Assembly: GCA_002269645.1 (NCBI GenBank)
Contig: NIVC01003507.1
Coordinates: 1-64,000, forward strand
Source: Macrostomum lignano
Taxonomy: Eukaryota
Length of the DNA stretch: 64,000 bases
Reading direction: 5' to 3'
In this document: positions 45,245 through 55,082 of the stretch, in pieces
How the letters are laid out: every line of letters starts with the position of its first letter
Numbering within the stretch: the stretch's first letter is position 1
Position numbers and translations under genes: made by a program
Notes under the pieces: generated by a model
The model's database searches: none
What the model was told of the DNA's origin: nothing
Seen by the model: only the letters and a program-made list of their open reading frames with translations

Positions 45245-48200
45245 ATGATTCTACTAACTATGATTGCGCGAGTGTCTGATGGTCTGCCATTGGCTGCTTC
45301 AATTCACAATGAAGAGGTATGATTAAAAATATAAAGACTAAATATTTTTAATTTCATTGGCAAATTGCCAATTTTAGTTAAATCAGATGCACTATGCATA
45401 GATCTTTTTAATATTATATCAAGTTAGTGCCTAGTAAGGCCTAAATAATGTAAATAATATTTAAGTCAAGGCTTTGTCTTTGTTGTTTATATAATTAATA
45501 TAGGCCCATATGGCTATAGGCCTATTTTGTCTGTATTATCATATAAATGCTAATTTTGCTAAATCAGTTTTTTGGTATATAAATATTGCAAAAATATAAT
45601 TTATGTGTACTCTAATATTTTTAGTCAGGTAATTATACATTTTGTCAACTAACATTTCCTCAATTAGGCTTAGCAGTTTATTAATTAGCCATTGTTAGGT
45701 ACTATCTAGGCCTATTATATTATAAAAAACCTATGGCAAAAACATTAGTCCTTAAACAAAAAACCTGACTTACTTACTACTTTTTATTGATTGAAAATTA
45801 ATTGTTAATCTTTAATAAATATTACTTAATATTAAATAGAGTATAAGAATTGCCTATAAGCAAATTGCCCACTAAGTTTTTTTCCTAGGCCTATTAAGGT
45901 TTGCCTTTTGCCTACAATGCTTTTTTCCTATAGCATATTAGTCAGCTAGATTGTATCTGCATTCCTCTCCTCCTAATGCTTAATAAGCCCTACTATCTAA
46001 CTCTAAGTCTAAGTCTTGAAGAGATTTAGAAGACTGAGCAATATAGGAAATGCATTAATTAATAGCTTATCAATGTACTTTCACATATATATATAGAACT
46101 AAATACCTACAAGAAAAATATGAATTTGAATCATTTGATATGCAATTATTATCAAAATGTTTTGATTGAGTAAATTGCTTTATTAAGACTTATTAAGCAT
46201 TGGAAGATAATATAGACAAAATCTACTATGTGCCTAAATGTGCTATAGGAAAACAACATTGTAGGCAAACTATAGCAAGAAAAATCTCTGTGGGTAATTC
46301 ACTTGCAAGCAAATTGCACTGCAGGCAAATCTTAGTAAAAATCTCAATGGGCAATTTGCCCATAGGCAAAATGCACTGCAGGAAAATCTTGATGAAAAAA
46401 GCTTTATAGGGAAATCTTAATGGGCAAATCTCTTATAGGAAAATCTTAGCTAGCAATTGATTTGTGGGCAATATAAGCCCTATTGGAATAAGTGGACAAT
46501 AGGTAGACTCTAAATCTAATTGTTTGTCACATTTTTAGAATTTTCTAATGTTGCGCTGCAGCTAGAGTCAAGGCAGATGGGGTTGCAGCATAGTGCAGTT
46601 TTGGGTAAACAGCAATAACAACTTTGTCTGTCTTATTAAGGCTAATTGCCTTGTCATCTAATCAGTAATATGCCTATATTTGATGCAAAAGTTAATATGT
46701 TCTATGTTGTATTGCATTTTTGAGCTACAATTTTAGACCCAATGTTTTGTGTCTGCAGGTTTTTACATTTATTCTATTAGGGTATGTGAACTAAAGGTTA
46801 TTTCAATAGCATTAACAAGTATAGCAAAAAGTTACAAAATATTGGGAAAGAAATAAATCAAATTAATACTTATATATGCAATAATTTATAAATATAATTT
46901 TAATGATAAAATCAAAAAGTAAAAAGTTGTTACATTCTAGGATCAATATTATAAGCAAGACATTAATTATACACATAAGCATATGTGTATTTAATTTGTA
47001 ATCTCAAAACTCCTTGTCAGTCTTATATTTTGGTTCTTTGTATTTTGGTCTTATTGATATTGCCATTAATGTTAATAATGACTGTTGTTTACTTAAAAAA
47101 GAATAATGCAAATTCACTTATCCATCAATGCAAAAAACTGTAATAGGCAGTCTGTCACTTTTAATAAAAAGATTACTATTTATTAACACCTATTAATGGT
47201 ATAATGCTTAGGCCCCTTAAATAGACTAGTGCCCAATATTATAACCAACTTACTTAAAAATTTCAAGTAATGCTTAAAGTGTTGCATAGATATTACAAGC
47301 ATAGTCAAACCATTTCTTGGAGCTATAGCAATCAAGTCTATCCTTACTATCCTTGATGCCATTTTGATAAGCAGGGTATCTTGAAGCTTGCTAATGCCTA
47401 CTAGGCATTTTGTAACTGTACAATATAACCTCAGAGCACAAAAGCATGATATACCATTGAGTATCAATTTTTAAAAAGTTATTTTCTAGGAGTGTACTGA
47501 AGCAGCTCGCGTGCAGCAAGATAAAGACCGCTTGTCCTTTAATAAAGTGCTGCGGCTGGGCCTTTTACGGCTCTAGTTTATTTGGACCATAGACAGTTCA
47601 AGCAGCAATGGCTGGCTCTGTCAAAAGTACATGTGTCCGCTATACCACTCCTCTCCCCCAGAGCCAGATAATGTTGCTCTTGCATTGTGTTCTTTAGGAG
47701 CTTAGCTGCTATGGCAAATGGCTGGGTCAGCTGCAATTACTTTGCCACTAACGCAATGGAAGCAACTGGGTTAGAAAAGGGTCACTGGCAGTAGATGACT
47801 GTGTTGGGGCGCCTAAATTGGTAGTGTGAAACTGTTAGTAGCACAGAAATTGAAAGCGCATGCAGAGTATTTGGCTGGCTCGACGGTGGATGTTCAGGGA
47901 CTATTCAAAAGTGTGAGCACTTTGCTGCTGATAGATCCAGCTGCAGGCCAGTGACATTGTGGGCGAGTTGAGGTTGTAGGCACCAGCATCCTTGAGGCTA
48001 AGGGCAGCGGCAGCAGTGGATGGTTGTGCTAATGATGATGCTGCTGGTACATATGCTATTGTGGTGATCCATCGGTAGCGTGGTGGGGTCTGCAGCACAG
48101 AAAAGTGCACTGATGCTTCGTCTGACATGTCCGCCTGTGCTGCTGGGACAAGGTATTGCCAAGGTGAGCCGCATTGATGTCACAGCATCAGGTAGGGCAT

Positions 48201-50438
48201 TGCAAGCAAACTCTGGCAGGCGAGAGCCCCTTACCCAGAGTGCACTGCTCACATATTGCATAACCACAGTGACCAGGAATCAGTGATGGTCATTTTGATG
48301 CAGCTCTAGTTAGAAGTGCTGAGCCAGATGCAGGGATCAAGGTGGCTGATGGCTTTGGCTGGACTCGGAAGACCTGGTGGCCAAAACTGTGACAAGGCAG
48401 CAGGTGAAAAGCTTGAAATACTCAGCTATGGCTAAGTATAGTCAGACTCACCACTGAAGCACCTCGCATGCGGCAAGATGAAGACTGCTTGTCCTTTAAT
48501 AAAGTGCTGCAGCTGGGCCTTTTATGGCTCTAGTTTATTTGAGCCATAGATAGTCTGAGCAGCAGTGGCTGGCTCTGTCAAAAGTACATGTGTCTACTAC
48601 AGTACACATTTTAAAAAAATTTTACATCACATCATTACTTCTTTTACTGGTGCAGCTATAATGAATTTGCCAAGTTGCCATAATGTCTGGTTGACAAAAT
48701 GCCAGTGGATGAAATTTCCTAGAACCAGCCTAAATACAAGTATACTTTTTTGTTTTTTAATTGTAAGCTCTTTGTAAAATGAAACTAAACAATACACTGG
48801 GGCCTACTAGACTATAAAGTACTATGTTCACTGACTTATAACTTTATTGAACCATTGAGTAAAATGAAAAATAATATTTTTATCTTGTATGGTTTTACTT
48901 TATACCTTAATTACTTTATAATCCCGTCGAACTTTTCACCCAGAATTTTTTCCGGAATTTAGTGATCCGGGCCCGATTTTTATTTGCTTAATAATACCTT
49001 AATTACTTTATAATATAACATTTAAAAAATCAATACCAACAAGCTATTTAAGGTAATATAACGGTATCATTAGTTTATGTTCATTAGAGTCAATAGTTAT
49101 GCAAGGACAGTAGGTTAAGTCTAAAAGTAGCATTGTTTTGTTAATTTTTCTACTAGAACCATATATTTATTTATGTACACATTATTGGTGTGTTTTTGAT
49201 AATTTACTACTCAATTTTCAAGAAACTTTTTAATCATATTTAAACTTCTTAATCTCATCTCTAACAGACTGCTCCCAACATGCCAGAGTACCAGAGCAAA
49301 GCCAAAAAATTGTTTCGCCGATTGAATTCTACTTCACCATCAAGGTGCAGTCTGGAATCTGGTGCCTACACATTCCAGTAAGTTCTTGTACCCCTCACAC
49401 TGATCTAGTTAGCTCGTTTTGTCTTATTTTTACAAATTCTGTCTCTAACTTGACCTTCAGAGGCTTCAATGACCCCATTTAATATTCGTGTCATTAGCCT
49501 TGGTCACCATTGAGCTCCTTGACCCCATATGACCCCAGAACTTTGATCACTACTGAGCTCCGTGACCCCATATGTCGAGAAAAATAAGACTGAAAACACT
49601 AGAACTAAATTAGATGTTAAATTGAATAAGTAAGATAAGGAGCCAGTAAGTGGGCGCAGGGCCCAAACCAGTATATTTATATGACATTAAATTGCAGGGG
49701 GTTTGAATTGAAGATAATAAAGAGAGGGGTGGAGTGCGCGACTAAAGAGAGAGGTGAGAATGGAGAGCCAATCAGAAGGCAGCAGGGGAGAGAGAGATAA
49801 GAATAACAAGATTGAGCTAGACAGAGAGAGAGAAAACAGAGTAAACAGAGACAAGTGAAGGTGAACTAAGAAATGAATAGGAAAGTCGCGACACCATATG
49901 ACCCCTGACTTCGATCACTACTGACCTCCGTGACCCCAAATGACCTCTGGCCTATTTGAACAGCTACCAGATCGACTCGGGAGTCTGCTACCTGGCCCTT
50001 GCCGGTTGCAATTTCTCTAAACGCTTGGCCTTCTCCTACCTGGACGATCTCCGTCGCGAATTCGCCAACCAATTCGACACCGTCCGGGTGGACTCGGTGG
50101 CCCGGCCCTACCATTTCATAGAATTCGAGCAGTACATCAAGAAGGCTCGCCGCTCATTTGTTGACAGCCGGGCCAACCGCAATCTGGCCATGCTGGGCGC
50201 CGAGCTGCAGGATGTCCAACGGATTATGGTAGAAAATATGGACGAAGTGCTGGCCAGGGGCGAGTCCTTAGCAACGCTGGACGACAAGGCTAGCCACCTG
50301 TCGTTGCTGTCGCGCAGGTATCGCGACGATGCAGCGTATTTGAATTTGCGCTCGGTTTACGCCAGATACGGCATCGCCTGCATTGTCATTTTGATGCTGT
50401 TCTGCTACATCTACGAGGGTCACTCAGAAAGTTCTTAG
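45245..50438 (+). CDS. SEC22: Vesicle-trafficking R-SNARE SEC22 (longin-SNARE-TM); exons 45245-45316, 49268-49377, 49964-50438; the last 7 residues and stop come from the mariner TIR; the native tail is displaced to 51724-51744
   Basis: MILLTMIARVSDGLPLAAS|..EYQSKAKKLFRRLN..P.RCSLESGAYTFH|Y.I..GVCYL...LAFSYLDDL..RPYHFIEF..ELQDVQRIMVENMDEVLARGESL..LS..YRDDAAYLN is colinear with SEC22B. Exons 1 and 2 are absent from the ORF track and were found by reading; phases are compatible. Confidence 0.95.
47496..48594. mobile_element. Decayed element bounded by 142-bp direct repeats (47496-47637 and 48453-48594, ~90% identical)
   Basis: The repeats align directly and contain AATAAA. The outer ends read TGTACTG (47493) and CAGTACA (48606). 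No TSD was found; class uncertain. Confidence 0.6.
49573..49893. mobile_element. Solo LTR, 321 bp, in SEC22 intron 2
   Basis: TGTCG...CGACA termini with a perfect 5-bp TSD CCATA (49568-72 and 49894-98). It contains CCAAT and TATA-like elements and interrupts a short GACCCC-rich repeat. Confidence 0.88.
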
Positions 50439-51723
50439 CCTGAACAAGAAAACAGCAACAAATGAACTAAAAAACGACTACAAGTGCTCAAAATACTCTC
50501 CACCGGCATTGATACAGGCTTGCATCCTGTGAAACCAGCTGTCGAAGCAATGCCGCCAATCCTCATCCCGGAGCTCCTCGATGATGTTTTTGAACTCATT
50601 TACAGCTTCTTCCGGTGAAGAAAAAACCTGGCCCTTCAGAATCTCCTTGCACTTCGGAAACAGAAAAAAGTCGCACGGTGCCAGGTCTGGACTGTAAGCA
50701 GGGTGAGTCATCAGCTGGACCCCACAGTCAGCCAGAAACTCCAGAGTTTGAGCCGCCGTGTGCGCGCTGGCGTTGTCGTGGTGCAGAAGCACCCCACGCA
50801 TTCCGCACCTTGGGCGCCTCTGGCTCACAGCAGAAAAGACCTTGGGCAGGCAAACCGTTGTGTACCAGTCAGCGGTGACTGTCTGGCGATCTTCAAGTGA
50901 AACGGAAGCCACATGCCCAGTGCGCATGAAGAAACAGGCCACCATCTGCTTGCCGACACTCCGGCTGCGTCGAAACTTTGTGGGGCTGTCCTCGTCTCCA
51001 AAGGTCCACATGGCTGACTGGCGCTTGCTTTCGGGGTCGTATTGATAAATCCAGGTCTCATCGCCCGTGAGGATGTCCCAGATACGCCGGCTGGTCCCGG
51101 ATTCGAATTTCTGCAGCATGAATCGGCACCAAGCCACCCTGGTGTCCTTCTGCACGTCCGACAGCTGATGGGGGATCCACCGGGAAGCCAGCTTCCGCAC
51201 TCCAAGGTGTTCGTGCATAATGGCGTGCACACTCCCCGATCCAATACCGATCTCCTGCTGGATCTGCTGGTAGGTCACTCGCCGGTCAGCGGCAATCATG
51301 CTGGACACAGCGCAGATATTTTCTGGAGTCACTGCGTCACAGGGTCTCCCGGATCGATGTTCATCTTCGAGGCTTTCTCGACCTCGGCGAAACTCAGCGA
51401 ACCAGTTTTTGACGGTTGCGTATGAAGGACATACATGGGTGAAAACGTTCTGTAAAGTTTGATACGATTCGGCCGAAGACTTGCCTTGCTTGAAGTGCAA
51501 GTAAATCATTGCTCTGAAGTCGCGATTTTCCAGCTTCATTGTTGAATTGAAGAACTCAGGGGGTGAACTGACTTTAACTCGCTGCAGTGGACTCAAAAGT
51601 GGCTGCTTCTGTTTGAAATTTTTGCTGCGATACTTTTAAAAGTTGGTCTTTACCATAGACAAATTTCATGCTTCTACGTCTCGTGGATCCTACTCAGGCT
51701 AAAGACTTTCTGAGTGACCCTCG
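50414..51723 (-). mobile_element. Full-length mariner transposon (irritans-like CGAGGG ends), 1310 bp, TA TSD
   Basis: TA|CGAGGGTCACTCAGAAAGTTCTTAGCCTGA at 50414 and TCAGGCTAAAGACTTTCTGAGTGACCCTCG|TA ending at 51723: ~30-bp TIRs with 2 mismatches. Confidence 0.97.
50478..51539 (-). CDS. Mariner transposase, 353 aa, DD34D, intact
   Basis: MKLENRDFRAMIYLHF HTH, WIPHQL, TGDETW, HHDNASAH and YSPDLAPCD, with 34 residues between the second and third Asp; no stops. Confidence 0.96.
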   Translation of the reverse strand: MKLENRDFRAMIYLHFKQGKSSAESYQTLQNVFTHVCPSYATVKNWFAEFRRGRESLEDEHRSGRPCDAVTPENICAVSSMIAADRRVTYQQIQQEIGIGSGSVHAIMHEHLGVRKLASRWIPHQLSDVQKDTRVAWCRFMLQKFESGTSRRIWDILTGDETWIYQYDPESKRQSAMWTFGDEDSPTKFRRSRSVGKQMVACFFMRTGHVASVSLEDRQTVTADWYTTVCLPKVFSAVSQRRPRCGMRGVLLHHDNASAHTAAQTLEFLADCGVQLMTHPAYSPDLAPCDFFLFPKCKEILKGQVFSSPEEAVNEFKNIIEELRDEDWRHCFDSWFHRMQACINAGGEYFEHL

Positions 51724-52211
51724 TACTTCAAATTCCTGTGGTAGACTAAGTTTAAAAACTAATGAGGTGCCGAAGCAATTGACTATTTAATTACAGTCAT
51801 AGTTACTCTTACTGTTTACCCAATTAGGAAAATGCAGAAATAAGAATATAGAATGACCTGACCTGATTTTCTGAGAAATTTCTGAGAAACTGAGTTACTG
51901 ACCTGAACCAGGCGTTGGCTTAGTTGTTGATTGATTCAATTCCCGTCTTTCTTGAACAACATTCCGTGCCTTTTAATTTTTTGTGCTATTTTCATTGGTA
52001 TTCTTCTATGACAGGTGATTTCTCGCTTTTTTGATTTGCATAATATTAGCCTTTTTATGTAATTTGCAAAATTACGTCTTATCAAACGGTGCTTTTCTGT
52101 AAGAGTATTTGCCTTGCTTAACTATACTTTGGCAATGCAAACAGTCCATCAGCGACTGTTAGTTTTTATCCTTTGAAACTTTTGTAGGTGAATTGTTTAT
52201 TTTTATTACAG

Positions 52212-53672
52212 TCCTGTTAGACATTGGAAATCCTGTTCGATATTATACATCCTGTTAGATATAAATACTGTTAGACAGTATAAATCTTTTTAGACAGTCG
52301 AGATCCTGTTAGACAGTAGAAATCCTGTTGGATATGCAGTAGGAACCCTGTTAGACAGTAGAAATCCTGTTAGACAGTAGAAATCCTGTTAGACAGTAGA
52401 AATCCTGTTAGACAGTATAAATCTTTTTAGACAGTCGAGATCCTGTTAGACAGTAGAAATCCTGTTGGATATGCAGTAGGAACCCTGTTAGACAGTAGAA
52501 ATCCTGTTAGACAGTAGAAATCCTGTTAGACAGTAGAAATACTGTTAGACAGTAGAAATCCTGTTAGACAGTAGAAATACTGTTAGACAGTAGAAATACT
52601 GTTAGACAGTAGAAATACTGTTAGACAGTAGGAACCCTGTTAGACAGTAGGAACCCTGTTAGACAGTAGGAACCCTGTTAGACAATAGAAACCCTGTTAG
52701 ACAGTAGGAACCCTGTTAGACAGTAGAAATCCTGTTAGACAGTAGAAATACTGTTAGACAGTAGAAATACTGTTAGACAGTAGAAATACTGTTAGACAGT
52801 AGGAACCCTGTTAGACAGTAGGAACCCTGTTAGACAGTAGGAACCCTGTTAGACAATAGAAACCCTGTTAGACAGTAGAAATACTGTTAGACAGTAGAAA
52901 TACTGTTAGACAGTAGAAATACTGTTAGACAGTAGAAATACTGTTAGACAGTAGAAATCCTGTTAGACAGTAGAAATACTGTTAGACAGTAGAAATACTG
53001 TTAGACAGTAGAAATACTGTTAGACAGTAGAAATACTGTTAGACAGTAGAAATACTGTTAGACAGTAGGAACCCTGTTAGACAGTAGGAACCCTGTTAGA
53101 CAATAGAAACCCTGTTAGACAGTAGAAATCCTGTTAGACAGTAGAAATACTGTTAGACAGTAGAAATACTGTTAGACAGTAGAAATACTGTTAGACAGTA
53201 GAAATACTGTTAGACAGTAGAAATACTGTTAGACAGTAGAAATACTGTTAGACAGTAGGAACCCTGTTAGACAGTAGGAACCCTGTTAGACAATAGAAAC
53301 CCTGTTAGACAGTAGAAATCCTGTTAGACAGTAGAAATACTGTTAGACAGTAGAAATACTGTTAGACAGTAGAAACACTGTTAGACAGTAGAAATACTGT
53401 TAGACAGTAGGAACCCTGTTAGACAGTAGGAACCCTGTTAGACAGTAGGAACCCTGTTAGACAATAGAAACCCTGTTAGACAATAGGAACCCTGTTAGAC
53501 AGTAGGAACCCTGTTAGACAGTAGGAACCCTGTTAGACAGTAGGAACCCTGTTAGACAGTAGGAACCCTGTTAGACAGTAGGAACCCTGTTAGACAGTAG
53601 GAACCCTGTTAGACAGTAGGAACCCTGTTAGACAGTAGGAACCCTGTTAGACAATAGGAACCCTGTTAGACA
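52212..53672. repeat. 20-bp minisatellite (CTGTTAGACAGTAGAAATAC / ...GGAACC)n
   Basis: Direct reading. Confidence 0.97.
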
Positions 53673-54315
53673 GGTCATCCTGTTATAGAGAAGAATGCAA
53701 GAAACGTTGTTAGACCTTTTTAGAAGATCCTTCTTTTAAACAGACTGTAATAAAGCGGGGTTTAGCAGAAGGGCTGAAAGCTTTTAGGATTTGGCTGGTA
53801 TCACATCTATCTTTATTCAATACTCTCTATGCATTCCACTTGGATATCTTTTGCAATAAACAAGTCGAATACAGCAAATGGATTGCTAAATTATTTAATT
53901 TGCGCCACGTCGGGAACCTGCATGAGTCTGGAACTATATAATATTGAATAGTATGAAGATTTTGTGTTCAGAGTCTAGTCTCGATGACCTTGGGGCGTCA
54001 ACTACTTAGCTTTATAATCCGAGCACTATATTATATCGAGCAGATTCTTTATGAGTATCAACTATCGTTTCTGTATGCCCAGATCGCAGCTCTCAGAGCG
54101 GCACTGTGTGTTTTATTCGACTGCTGCTCCATGCGCTCTCTCCATTCCTCTTCCTCTCAGCTGCTGGGTGCGCACTTCTAGCTAGAGTCTCACTTGTTTA
54201 TCAGGCTATGGATCCCTTGCCTTATAATTGAATTTAAAAGTACTTTTCCTGTTTGTAAGTTGGGAGTGACTTTTTGTACAGCTGTACAGTTGAGGCCGTT
54301 TGAATTTGGGCCTAA

Positions 54316-54815
54316 CTGTTAGATAGGTTATGAATAACTGTTATATAGGATGTTGATAACTGTTAGATAGGGTGTTGAAAACTGTTAGATAGGGTGTTGA
54401 TAACTGTTAGATAGGGTCTTGATAGCTGTTAGATAGGATGTTGATAACTGTTAGAATCAGATAGAATGTTCCTAACTGTTAGATAGAATGTTGATAACTG
54501 TTAGATAGGGTATGATACATGTTAGATAGGGTGTTGATAACTGTTAGATAGGGTGTTGATAACTGTTAGATAGGGTCTTGATAGCTGTTAGATAGGTCGT
54601 TCCTAACTGTTAGATAGGGTGTTGATAACTGTCAGATAGGGTGTTGATAGCTGTTAGATAGGGTGTTGATAACTGTTAGATAGGATGTTGCTAACTGTTA
54701 GATAGGGTTTTGATAACTGTTAGATAGGATATTGATAACTGTTAGATATGATGCTGATAACTGTTAGATATGATGTTGATAACTGTTAGATAAATATTGA
54801 TGATGCTAGATATAG
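54316..54815. repeat. 22-bp minisatellite (CTGTTAGATAGGGTGTTGATAA)n
   Basis: Direct reading. Confidence 0.95.
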
Positions 54816-55082
54816 TAACATTTCGAAAAATTCACAAAGCCTAACTCTGCACACTTGATAAGAAAAAGACAATTATATTCTTTCCAGCTACGTCAGCGGC
54901 CGCAGCAGCAACAGTGGCGGCAGCGGCAGCAGAAGCAGCAGACGTTGGCTGCTTAGACTGCCAATAAAATTTAAAAAATCGTCAGTGCTATTCTTTTGTA
55001 CTTGTGCTTACCTTGTATACTTTTGCCAGCTTTGGTTTAGTCCTGTAGTCCTGTATTTCTGATTAATCGATTCGAACTCGAG

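Noticed and set aside
50414-51723. Splicing-out of the mariner to restore the SEC22 tail
   Set aside because: The GT at 50419 joined to AGs at 51697 or 51704 gives an immediate stop or the wrong frame, so FKFLW is not restored.
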